Below are positions 51,901 through 64,000 of a stretch of 64,000 nt of DNA, piece by piece. Source of the DNA: Vicugna vicugna (Eukaryota); contig MU057930.1 in NCBI GenBank assembly GCA_013265495.1, positions 505,599-569,598 of the forward strand. The letters are read 5' to 3'. The notes under the pieces are model-generated. The model worked only from the letters and a program-made list of their open reading frames with translations, was not told where the DNA came from and did no database searches. A program made the translations under genes and the position numbers. Numbering within the stretch: position 1 is the first letter of the stretch; every line of letters begins with the position of its first letter.

Positions 51901-54900
51901 CGTGGACACAAGGTGGAGGTCAAAGCCATGTCCTAACGCCATAATGTCAGTTGATCCTAAAGTGAAGCTCCCCAAGCAATGACTATTGCTCTGTGTGGAC
52001 TCATGGGTTAATCTTCATAACCCTTTATTGACCTTCAGAAACATATATATATATGCATCTCATGGAAAAGGCCTGTCCGTTAACCATCAGCACGACACGG
52101 AGCCAGCCCCGGGTCTGGGGGAATTTGAGGACTGCCTCCCTGGCCGGATAGAAGTCTTCTCCAGCTCTGCACAGAACCTCCATTCAGCTGTCACAGCTTT
52201 GAAACTTCACCAGGGAAGGACTTTCTCTGCTGGCAGCGTTTTCCAGCCTTGCATTAGAAGGAGATTGTGCCCTCGAAGATGCAAAGGGATGAGAATGAAG
52301 GAGGTGTTGGGTAGCTGGATGCAAAGTTATTTTCTGAGGCTGGAGACTTAGAGGAAGGTTAGCAAACAGGCTGGGAGCAGAGAGCAAGGAGATGGGAAGG
52401 AGGGACAGAAAGGGCAGAGGGGTGACAAGGAGGCTACAGGCAGACGAGGCACCAGTGGGTACAGAAGAAAAGGAAGGGAGGAACCCAGTGAGACTTGCAC
52501 GACGGCGTTTCCGTTCCTGCGGCTGGAGCTCTCAGGTTTCCTCAGCTCACCTCCAGACTTTCTGATTCTCTCCCTTCTGTGCTTTGTCCATGGCGTGGGA
52601 GGCCAGTTTCCTCTCCAGAAACTTGCTCCCTCCGGCAGCTGCCAGATTCTCGCCCGTGATATTTCCTGTGGTCTCCGGGAGACCGCGATGTATAAAGCTC
52701 GCAATCCTGTCGAGCTCTTTCAGGCAGCAAGGTTCTCTCACCTCCTCCCCGGGATTCCCCTGGCTGGTGATGGATGCCGGCTCCTCGCCCTTCCCTCGCC
52801 GGACCACGCCGTCTGTCTCTCTTCCCTCCCCGGGAGGACTGGCTGCTGACCACATGCCAACCGCAGAGGAGGGTGGCCCGGAGCATCTGGACGAGAGGTC
52901 CCCTCCGGAGCGGTCCAGCCTCGTCAGCAGGCTAGCCGTGGAAATCCCATTTGCAGCTCAGCTGATGGGCAGGAAACTGCTGACACAGTGGTTCCATCCG
53001 GGAAAACAGAGCTGCCTCCCACTGAACAAATTTTTTCGGGGGCAGCAGGGACCCTCCTCGTGACTTCTTCTGCGACATACGATACTTTGCTGAAACTGTG
53101 GACATTTTCAGAAATGCTCTTCTTTTCATCCACCGGGTTAACTTTTGGAAGCGTTCCCCTCCGCAGAGGCTGCCTTTTGGCAGTTGGCCACACCATTCAG
53201 TGCAGGAGATCTATTTTTGCGTGTTCGTTATTTCAGTTCCAGACTTTAAATATTTTTTTTTTCCCTCCGAAGGGAGATAAGAGACCCACAGATTGCCCTT
53301 CCTTCAGTGAATATAATCCACCACTCCTTGCTGAATTGAAACCTGACAGACTGGTAAGAGAAATGACAGAAAACAGTTTGCTTCTAACCATGAAAGATGG
53401 TGAAGATACCCTGCATCATACATGGATGATATATAAAGAAATAGGAGTATCCGTAAATGAATATAGTGAACAATATTCTGGGGTTGTTGACACTGAAAGC
53501 CTTTTTTTCTCCACCCCCTTCATCTTCAGACATAATCTGAAGTTCACCCTTACCTCACGTCTCCTTGGTTCTCAGTGAGCCCATGAGATATCAACTAACA
53601 TCATTGAACCAAAAGGATGCATTTTGACGTTCCCTGTTTTCCCCTCAATGGTCTCTCCTAAGTTACTTTGTCTTTTAAAAAAATAATTAAAAAAAAAACA
53701 AAAGAGAGAGCGAGCTACCAGGAAGTCTGTCTTGGATGAGAAAGTTAAACAGGAAACGTCTGTCCCTTGGGAGTTTGCTGTTCTGGCTCCTGCTGACAGT
53801 TCTGAAAAGCAAAGGATGTACTTGGGTAGCCACACAGCACAGTTCCTGACCACGTTTTAAAGATGTTCCTTGTTTTGCTCATGGGAACACGTATTTAATG
53901 ACTTTTATGACATATGTTTGTTGCACATCCAAACATTGGAATTCTAAGACATTTTGGAGGGAGGAAATGCCGAATTACTCATTACACATTTAGATAGTGA
54001 ATTAGGGGTGCTCAGTGTTGCTAATTATCAGAGAAATGCAAATCAAAATCACAGTGACCTGAGATATAACGAAAGTTGACTAATTAGGAACAAGCTTTGT
54101 AGAAATGGACCACTCAGGAGGGAGAGAAATAACCGATCAGGAGTGAGCTCCATGCAAATGAGTACTACAAATGGACCAATCAGCAGTGAAGGAAATAACC
54201 AATCAGGAGTGGGCCTTATGTTGGATCCCAACAGCCATAAAAGAGAGACAATTGGTGAAAAAATATATATATATATATAATGTTAGATACACCTGTTTTC
54301 CAGAAGTGAGTAATTCTATTTCCTCTACGTTTGGGTCACACTTTTCAAAAGGATAACATACCATAAGAGTGAAAATGCATATGGACTTTCTCTATTTCTT
54401 GGAGTTCTGTCTAGCAGGTTAAGAAATCTTGAAAACTAATTCTCCAGCTGTTCAACTAATCCTTGTGTGGGACGTAAGCACAAAGCCATGCGTATGTGAC
54501 TCTCACTCCATCCACATTTCAGAACACTATCCATTTTTTTTAACATAAATTTAACCCAAATGTTTGCCACCAATTCAATATTCAAGTTTAAAAAAAAAAC
54601 TAAAGCTATGTTTTGAGTGCATATCATCGCTAACCAATTCCATTTTCAATATGATGATAAAGATACAGTGCTTCAGGGGCTTTGCCAATTTTATGCAGTT
54701 CCTCCGTACCCAGCTAAGTCTTTAATTTAGGATCAATTACTCTACCAGGGCACTTTGCCAAGAGTGTTCCTATTCCCCATTACAATTCCCAGATAGCTTG
54801 GGCCAGAACCCCTGGCCCTGAGTGCTTGTGTCTTGGACACCATTTATTTTGCATTCAACCTGTGTCCATCCATGACTTAATAAGAAGTCATTTGCAAACC

Positions 54901-54929
54901 AAAAGCTGCATTTTTCGAAAAGATGCCAT

Positions 54930-55700
54930 CAAGGAAGATGAGATGATCTGACATAACTCAATGGCAAACAAAACCAATCATCCCATCAATCATGGGCAGA
55001 GGAACCGATGAGACATTTTCCTAAAGAAGACATTCAGATGGGCTGCCAGCTCCATGAGAAGGTACTCTGCATCACTCACTGTGGGGGAAACGCAAAACAA
55101 AACCACAGGGAGGCGTCACCTCAGATACCTGTTAGGATGGCTCTTATCAGAAAGAAAAGCAATAACAAGTGTTGGCGAGGATGTGGAGAAAAAGGATCCT
55201 CTGCATGCTGTTGGTGCGAGTAGATGTTGGTGCAGCCACTGTGGAAAACAGCATGGAGGCCCCTAAGAGTATTGAAAATAGAGCTATCATAGGAACTAGC
55301 AATCCTGCTTCCAGGTGTTTATCCAAAGGAAATGAAATCAGGATATTGAAGACATACATACATTCCCCTGTTCATAGCAGCACTATTTACCATAATCAAG
55401 AGATGGAAACAATCTAAGTGTCCACCAATGGATGAATGGATAAGGAAGAGGTGAGATAGATATATATATATATAATTCCACTGATATATATGTATCAGTG
55501 GAATATTATACACCCATAAGAAGGAAAGCCTCCTGCCATTTGGGACAATATGGCTGGACCTTGAAGGCATTGTGATAAGTGAAGTAAACCAGACAAAGAA
55601 AGACAAATACTGTATGATTTGTAAGTCAAAGCCATAGAAACAGACAAAAGAAAAGTGGTTGCCAGGGGCTGGGGAGATTGGTGAGGGGGACAAAAAAGAA
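54930..55700 (+). mobile_element. Older LINE-1 3' fragment (L1MA/MB-type)
   Basis: AGACATTTTCCTAAAGAAGACAT, AACAAGTGTTGGCGAGGATGTGGAGAAA, GTTCATAGCAGCACTATT, GTGGTTGCCAGGGGCTGGGG. Confidence 0.85.
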
Positions 55701-58700
55701 AGATTGAAACGTATCCCACTCTTGGTTTAATATCTCAAGAAAAAAAAATTTTTCCAGTCTTTGCGTTGAGGTGAGTTCTTTCTTCCTCGCAGAGGAATGA
55801 CGAGGCTTCTTATATTCTGTGGTGGAAAAGGAGGCATTTCTGGGTGAGGTGGGTGTCTCAAGTTTGGGTTCCATTAAAGACAGAGGGACCTGTACTAGGT
55901 TGCCCTAAAAAGCTGCAGTACGTGAGCCAGGAAGAAAGGGACAAGAAGGAAGGTGACTTCAGTCCTGTTGGGAACTCTCTCAGCATTCTTGTAGATTGAA
56001 TTTTCAGGACTGTGTCCCCCCAAGGATGGGATATCTATGCCCTGAATCCGTCCTTGTTGGTTGTGGATAACCCAGAGGGCATTCAGCATTACCCCCTGCC
56101 CCACCAAAAGTGTGAGATTTGCACATGTCCTGGGACAACAGCCAGGGCAGAAGGCAGTGGAGATGTGCATGACGGAGGAGATGGGCCATGGACAGTACGC
56201 CGGCACTTTGGGACTGTGGGCATTACATCTGGTTGCCAAGGGCAGGAGGTGAAAGCAGGAGCTTCAACACAAATATACTCAGATAGTACTTCCATTTGTT
56301 AGAGGCAGTATAGAGAAGGCAGGTGGATTTGATGGATGGACGGTGAGGTCAATCCCAGCCAATAGACTTTATGTTCTCTGGAAGGTTGAAGGCAAGATCA
56401 CTAGCTCGGGCTGGGGAAGGCATATCGGTGGGGGGGAGAGGTTAAGAAAAAGAGATGATGGGAAATAATTATTTCAGAAAGTGGGGAAAGAATTGTACTA
56501 GGAGGAAAGAAATATGACAGAGAAATGAGCACGCTGGTGTGAATTTTCTCCAGGCATGCTCAACTCGTGGGGAGTTGGCAGGCTGGATTTTAGCAGGGTT
56601 GATGTTCAATCTGCTGTCCGAGACCTGAGGGGTGTTTGCACAGCAGTGAACACAGCTTTCAGCCATGAATTGGAACATGGGTCATGGAAATACAAGTAGA
56701 TTGGTCGATGTATTGGCTCCCGGATGGTGTGTAGAAGGACCCTAGAGATACAGACCCAGAGCTGGGCTTACAAAGTGGAGTTCTGGAAGCCATGGTTTCA
56801 TATGCGGTGCTGGTCATGATCAGTCTAGGTGTGACCTCCAAACAGAAGAGCTGAGACAGATGAACGGAAGGATGCCTTGGGGCTTATTGGATCAGAGGCA
56901 ACTTAAGAGTAGCAGGCATGAGCTTTACAAACTTCACAAGCATGAGCATTCTAATTACCCAACCTAAATACCACTTGCATCTTAAGTTGGCTCCAAGAAG
57001 CCATAAAAATAACTGAACACATTTCTAAAGTTACCAGAGAGAGAAGGATCTGTTTTCTTCATTCCTCTGGCATTTGGAGTAGGTGTACTTTATTATTTAA
57101 GTATATGTGCATACACCAGCCAGAAGATACATTTTTCTTTTTAGACATACATAAATTTGAAAGGAAGGCATTGACATGTTATGTTATGAAAATACCTTAG
57201 GAAGACAAAACTTGTTAAATTATTTTCTGTGTGCTTTTTGGATGTGCCTTCAGAACTAAAAAAAAGGTAATGCCAAGCCAGACGCTGAAAAAAAGTAGGA
57301 AGGAATGATGAAAATTCAGTATTTGGATTCTGTTCGCCATAATGAATGCCCATGCATTTCAACAAATCTCCTTCTTAAAGAAATGCTTTCTCTGTTGGAG
57401 CATTTTTAAGCCAGGAAGAGAAAAAGGCAGGAAATGTGGGAATCAGTCAGGTTCAATTCTTCATCTGTTGATGGACTCCAAGGTTATGGTAACAGCTAGG
57501 CCTTTGGAAGCCACGTTGCCTCAGAAGATGTACTCTTAGTGCAGTGTTATTAAAAGTTTAACCTCAGTAAATATTTCCTCCTGGTAGCTGAATCTCAGCG
57601 GGACCACAAATTTCACTCGCATAGGTAGAGATGCGTCCCTCACAGACAAAGCCTCTGGGTGCTCAGAGAGGCTTAACGAAGAACCCAGCCCACCTGAGGA
57701 GCTCCAGGTAGACCCCACCAGAATCTGTCTCTTCTGTCCATCCTCCATCCACTGGTCCATGCATGGATGGATGTCACACCCAGAACCAGCCTGGTATACA
57801 TCACCGTGGACTATTTCTCAAATCTGACATGTATCTCCAGAGGTCTACCACCCATGGGACAGAGACGTGGACCCCATGAGAGTCCAGTGAGAGCTTGAGG
57901 TCTCACCCATAGATGAGTGAGTGTAGACCTCATCCCGTAGAGTGAGTGTAGAGCTCACTGTCTCTGTTCAACAAAAGTAAAGCCATCAGATGGAATCCCT
58001 GCTGGACCCACCTGATGGACGATGTATCCCTCTGCTCAAGCTCCCGTAACAAAGCTGCACCTCCCCACTGCAGGGATGGTAATAAATGTACTTTCTGCAG
58101 TAGCTATAAATGCCAAGAGTTTAATGGAGCTGTCAGAATGTAATAAACATTCCGTAAAGGTTTGATGACACTTGGTAAAACAATAACATTGTTTTTTCTA
58201 CATAATCTCAAAAAAAAAAATCCCCAGTTAGATCGCTAAATTAAAAACTGGGATAAGGAAAAAAAATTTTTTTTAATATGCAGTTTAGTCTAGGGTTTCT
58301 GTGATGCAGAGTTTTGTCATGGTCCGCAGGCAGATGTGACCTGGAACTGACGAAGCCAAGTGGTGTCAGGTTAGACCAAAAAAAGAAGCCATTGTGTTCC
58401 TGGAATTTTAAAGGATGCTTTTCATTGGGTGACAAGAGAGGAGGATGGCGCCATACCTAAATTGCCAACTGACACTGAGTCTTAGAGGTTGCAGTTCTTA
58501 CGAGTCCCGTGTGGAGAAAATATTAGATACAGGGCAGCAATGAGTTCTGCATCGTGTTGGCAGGAATTCGCGCTAAGGAGGGAAAATCTGAGAGAATACG
58601 CCTTGTTAAATGCTGCTTGTCAGGGACACGCAGGGACTCAGCCCTTGGCACTTCTGAATGGAAATGGATTTTCCTTCAGTTTTAATAGATGTCTTTAAGA

Positions 58701-58984
58701 GCAACGAAGATATCTAGATAAAGCCACCATGGTAACCATTGTTTGGTGAGGAAGAAATTTGCCATGCGCTTTTATTTTTCACTTGCACAGTTCATTTACT
58801 AAATGAGTCTAGTAACATGGTCCCAAAAGGCTTTCATATGAACGGATGATATTCCATTAAGTGGATAAGTAAAATCCCCAAATTAATAAAACTATCACGA
58901 TACAGTAGTAGCTTTTTTGGTGTTTTTTGTTTGTTTTGTTTTTGATGCTTAACATCTACTAGGTTAGATTTTTTTAAACTTTCT

Positions 58985-59780
58985 TGTATATTAAATTTAT
59001 TTTTTGATTTACAATCTTGGATTAGTTTATGACATAGAGCATAGTGATTCAGTTATATTATACTATATATATATATAAATTATTTTTCCATTCCAGGTTT
59101 CTACAAGCCATTGAATAGAGTTCCCTGTGCTAGATACTAAGACCTTGTTTATCTATTCTGTACATAGTAGTTTGTATCAGCCAATCTTACATTTTTTTAA
59201 TTTTGTGCCAAGTATTTTTTATTGTGGGAAAATAGACAAAACACAAAATTCACTATTTTAACCACCTTTAAGTGCACACTTTAATGAGATTACTTACATT
59301 TGCAATATTGTATCACCACCATCCCTCTCCAGAGCTTTTTCATCTTCCCAAAGGAAAACTCTGTCCCCATTAAACACGAACTCCCCATTTCCTCCTCCAG
59401 CCCCTGGCACCCACCGCATTACTTTCTGTCTTGATGGATTTGACTGCTCCGGGGACTTCATATAATCATTCAGTGTCTGTCCTTCTGTCCTTCCATGTCT
59501 GATTCATTTCACTGATCAAAATGTTCTCAAGATTCATCCATGTTGTGGCCTGTGTCAGAATTTCCTTCCTATTTAAGGCTGAAGGATATCTCCTTGTATG
59601 CATAGACCATTTATTTATCTGCTCATCCATCAGTGGACATTTGGATGGTGTCCCTCGTTTGACTCACGTGAATTATGCTGCTATGAACATCAGTGTGCAA
59701 GTATCTTTTTGACCCCCTGTTTTCATTGCTTTTTGGTATATACCCAGCAATGGAATTGCTGGATCAGAGGATAATTCTAC
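58985..59780 (-). mobile_element. Two adjacent LINE-1 3' fragments
   Basis: GTTCCCTGTGCTA tail segment (~58985-59190), then an L1MB-type segment (CCAGCCCCTGGCACCCACC, TTCATCCATGTTGTGGC, TATACCCAGCAATGGAATTGCTGGATC). Confidence 0.8.
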
Positions 59781-61931
59781 TACCACAAAGAATTCATACA
59801 CAAACTTACACCAATTAGCTGCTTTATAAAATATGTATATTTTTTTTTAAAAAATCACACATTTTAGGATTACATAATTCTGAATACATTAGGGAGCTAA
59901 GAATTTGGGGCTTTTATTTACAGCTGAACCAAAGAACAGAGTAATCATATCTTTCCATGCCTCTTCCTAGGAAATTCTGTGCTCTCAGCATTCATATTGG
60001 ACAGCAAAGTAAGTCTATGGACCAGAAGTCAAAGCCACTGTGTTCACTAAATGGGAGCCACACAGACTTAGGGAAAGTAAGTGTTTAAAGTGTTTTGGAG
60101 ATTTCAGTTCTTCTACTGCATATTCCTGCCCTTCTTATTTCCAGAGTGAGCTCTCCATTTCGTACTGGGTTTTATCCTCTGCCAGTTACAGTTCTGCCAC
60201 CACCCCTCCTCCAGTTAGTAAAAAGCCAGTCCACCCACAGACATTTCCTGTGGCTGACATTTTGAAATACAGTGCCATGTCGGATTCAAATAGTTTCCAT
60301 GCTCTTTTTGGCTACTTCTTATGTGGGCAATTACTCTTTTCTTATTTTGACCAGAATTGCCAAGTCCCCTTAAAATCCCAAGGAGATGAACTATTCCTGA
60401 GGGAATCAGTGGAAACCAAGCTCGACATCATTGTCCGATTCACTCTCCCATCCCTCGCTTTCTGACACCACGTTCTGGATGATCTGGTAACCAAAAGTTT
60501 CATCTTTAAAGGACTGACATCTGAAAAGATGGTTAAGTTAATGGATGAGTTATCTGACACCTCATCTCAGAAGCAATAAGAATTTGCCTAGCAAGACTTC
60601 TGGCACCATGTTTGTATTTTCCCACCATCTTCACGTCACCTTTCTTCTGACTAAAAAGAGTAAGGATTCAGAATTTCTGAAGTTTACGTTTAGAATAACA
60701 TTTGATGATGTGATGTGTGAGCAAAGTCTTTTTTTTTTTTCTGAAAGGGTGGACAGCTGTGTTCTAGTCCCATGCCCAAGACCCAATTCTGAAATCTTCT
60801 CAAGCAAGCTTGACTTTCCTCATCTCTGCCATTGCCTTATCTGATTCATAGAGAGATCATAACAACATTCAATAATAAAATTAAGAAACGTTTAGAGATT
60901 TTAAAGGGGTAATAAAATATATTGCACCTGACTGTGTTCATTTTACCTCTTGATCTGAAAAACATTCTCAGCAGCAGAGGTTGTCATTCCTCACACGCCA
61001 ACACCTGTGTTTAGTATGAAATCCTATTTTGAAATTTCCATTGAAATGCTTTCCAGATAATGTGAACACATAGAAAGTATTCTAGATGGTCCATATCTGG
61101 TAAAATGTTTTTTTTTCCAAAAATGACTTCAACTGTAAAAAGAAATAAGAACACACTGCCTATTCCGAATGATTTTTAAGAATCAGAACCAATGTGTAGA
61201 TGGGCTATGGTAATAAAATGAGTCATTTCTTGGAGAAAAAAGGAATTCTTAGGCACGTAACGGCATGGGTTTTATGAATGGTGGAATTCTGTTGCTGAAG
61301 GTAAGACCTCAAACATGCTCTTTGTATTACAGTTTCCTCTTTGGTGATGGTCTAAATGAACTTGGTAAGATGAATAAGGCAGTTCTGTCATTTTCCTCTT
61401 TGCGTCTTTCCTGTTCTGGCATGTGTTCGTGAAGTGTTTCTCACCTGATTGTGTTCTGTACAAAATACATGAGATGGGACCGCTAGTTCAAAGACTTGAA
61501 CGTTCAAAGCCAAGATTCTGGGAGGTTATGAATTCAATGAGGGCAGCAATGAAGCAAGAGAAAAACAGAGTACTGAGAGCCACCATATTTTTAGTTGGTT
61601 TTCTTTCTTGAAGACATGACATGTGGCAGACTTTTATAGTAAGTAATTCTTATTTTTCTCAGTATCAACTTACAGCTCATCCAATAGGATTTTTCTCTCT
61701 CTCTCTTTTTTTTTTTGGCATTGAGTATAACAGAAACACGCTTTACACATTATCAGCATGTAAAAATAATTGTAAGTTTTCCCAGAGTAGAATGAGAATG
61801 TCTAACAGTCTCTATTAGTATATTGTCAAATACAAACTTCCACGGGCACACTACACATATGCATATTTTATAGTAACACCTGGATCATGTTTCATGAGAA
61901 AAAAAGGGGAATCAAAGACAGCTCAGCACAC

Positions 61932-62088
61932 GGGAGGGTATAGCTCAGTGGTAGAGCGTGTGCTTAGCAGGCAGGAGATCCTGGGTTCAATCCCTGGTAC
62001 CGCCACTAAAAATCAATCAATAAATCTAATCCCCCTCCCCACCAATAAGTAAATAGAATAAGAAAAAGATAAATCTTTAAAGAAAAAA
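61932..62088 (+). mobile_element. tRNA-derived SINE (Vic-1-like)
   Basis: GGGAGGGTATAGCTCAGTGGTAGAGC...GGTTCAATCCC, A-rich tail. TSD-like aaagacagctca / aaagatagctca. Confidence 0.85.
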
Positions 62089-63559
62089 AGATAGCTCACC
62101 ATAAACTTAAAACGTAAGATGACTGGAGAAATAGATTGCTAAACAAATGAGTTCAAGTAGATATGGCCATAACTAGTTAATATCAAGAATCCATTAGAGA
62201 TTTTCAGTTTAAGATATGCTATATTTATATTTAATGTAAATATATTAAATGCATGTTATTTATGTATAAAATTTTGTATATGATGACATATAGTTTAATA
62301 TATACATATGTTTATATATTTATCTTATGCTTTGTATTGGGGTTTTTAATAAACATTAAAATGCAAAAGGTAAAATGAGCAGGGTTTTGAAAAACAAATC
62401 TGCTCTTAGGAGAAGCCAGGAGCAACACAAAATGATTATTACAATGCTTTCTTCTCCCTTACCTGGGCACTGACGTTGGACTTCATAAAAGATGCCTATA
62501 GGTACCAACAATCAACAACAGAATCATTTGAGCTGTATCATCCCACCCGCATGTCAGAGCTCATTGGTAATATAATTTGTGTGATGTAGCATAAACACAA
62601 TATCCCGCGGCTCTGAAAACCACAAAGCAACTCCAGACTCTGTCCATGGACCAGACTCAAGGACTCCAGATAGAAATGGGGTCAGCGTTATTTTGGGAAG
62701 GGCTGGCCTTTAAACCTTCATTCACCAGCTTTCTTGCCTTAAGACGTGAAAGGTCCATGACAGAACTTTGCACTCTCACTCATTAGAGATTTAAGGGAGC
62801 ATCAAGGGAGTTCCTTGAGGCCAAGTGTTCTGTTGAACTAGAAAGGGTGCTTGCTGAAGTCTAGGAGGAGAGATGGCCTTCCCGCGTTCCTCGTGAACAG
62901 CTGTAGGGGTCAAATTCATGGGAAGGAATGTCACCTCTCCAAGGTGCCCCAAATCAGACAGATTAGGGTGTGGAGAGGCTGCTAAAATCTACCCCTCTAC
63001 CCATCCTAGGCAGAATGGCAGATAGAACAATGAAAGGAGTTTTCAGGTGGAAGAGCGGAAAAGAAAAGCTCAACCCAGAAGGCTTTTGTGTTTCAACGCA
63101 AATGGAAAACGAGCCTGGCCCTGATGACGAGTAGCCCCACAGAGCGGGGCCCCTTAGGGGTCAGAAAGCACAAGACCCTTGTGTTCTTCTCGTGGAATCT
63201 GAGTCTTCTTTTTATCCGTCCAAGGCTGGAGGGCTGTCCCAGCACAACTGGGATGAAGCCAACGTGAGGACCCAGGAGAAAAAGGGAACTCAGAGATTTG
63301 GCAAGTCAAGACACCTCGGCTCTGGAAAGAGTATTTTCAGTTGCCTTAAACACCACGGGCAACTGCTGAGCTCAAACGTGGGGAAGTCATCGTGAAGACT
63401 TCCAGCGCTGAGTCCTATGGAGTCACAGTAGCTGGTATCTTTACAGTGTATTTTGTACTAACGTCACCTTATAGGGCCTGGATTAAGCTCACATAGTCAG
63501 TAAAAGAGTTCATTCCATCAGTAAAACTGGAAGAAAAAAAAAGAAAGAATTCATCCCGC

Positions 63560-63955
63560 CTTTAATCTCTATTTTATTTATTTCCCCTCTGATCTTTATT
63601 ATTTCTTTCCCTTTGCTGAATTTAGCTTTTGTTTGTCTTTCTTCTTCTAATTCTTTTAGGTGGTAAGTTAGTTTGTTTACTTGAGATTCGTCTTTTCTTT
63701 GTTTGTTTGTTTGTTTGTTTTTTTAGGAAGGCCTGCATTGCTATGAACTTCCCTCTAAGGGCCTTTGGCTGCATCCTATAGATTTTGTGTGATTGTGTTG
63801 TCATTGTCATTTGTCTCAAGGTATTTTTAAAATTTCCTCATTGGTTTCATCATTGGCCTATTGTTTTTCATTTGTTTGTTTGTTTTTTTAGAAACATGTT
63901 GTTTGGTCTCCATGAAATTGCCTTTTTCTCATTTCTCTCTGTGGTTGATTCCTTG
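63560..63955 (-). mobile_element. LINE-1 ORF2 internal fragment
   Basis: Minus-strand translation contains KALRGKFIAMQAFLKK, typical of L1 ORF2 just after the endonuclease domain. Confidence 0.8.
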
Positions 63956-64000
63956 TCTAGTGTACACCTTAAATATCTTACGTTTTTTTTTTCAATTATA

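Noticed and set aside
52348..53578. Cluster of 100-200 aa ORFs in a mildly GC-rich intergenic patch
   Set aside because: No recognisable homology, no coherent exon structure and mostly non-ATG starts.

Overview
Mammalian genomic DNA, probably camelid given three Vic-1-like tRNA-derived SINEs. It holds one complete protein-coding gene on the minus strand, MXRA5 (adlican). Six coding exons are bounded by canonical GT-AG sites (31779-31592, 26436-26307, 26112-25722, 22733-17763, 14587-13687, 9830-7922). They total 8490 nt and splice in frame to a 2829-aa protein: signal peptide, LRRs, 2 Ig domains, a long Pro/Ser/Thr-rich linker and about 10 Ig domains. A probable non-coding exon 1 (~34760-34628) lies in a CpG island with a TATA-like box, and tandem AATAAA signals lie at ~6662-6687. 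The rest is intron or intergenic DNA with L1 3' ends, MER20/MER53/MER5A DNA transposons, MaLR/ERVL LTRs, long (GATA/GGAT)n arrays and one assembly gap. I found no second gene and no convincing new biological system. The best leads are: a 4x48-bp minisatellite in the 3'UTR that multiplies heat-shock-element and miR-214 seed motifs; an RGD motif between a furin-type site and the Ser-Gly glycosaminoglycan site; a strong-Kozak uORF in exon 1; a 36-nt L1 fragment at the apex of a palindromic MER53; and a consistent MER20/GATA-array coupling. Repeat family names come from recalled consensus sequences and need RepeatMasker/Dfam confirmation.
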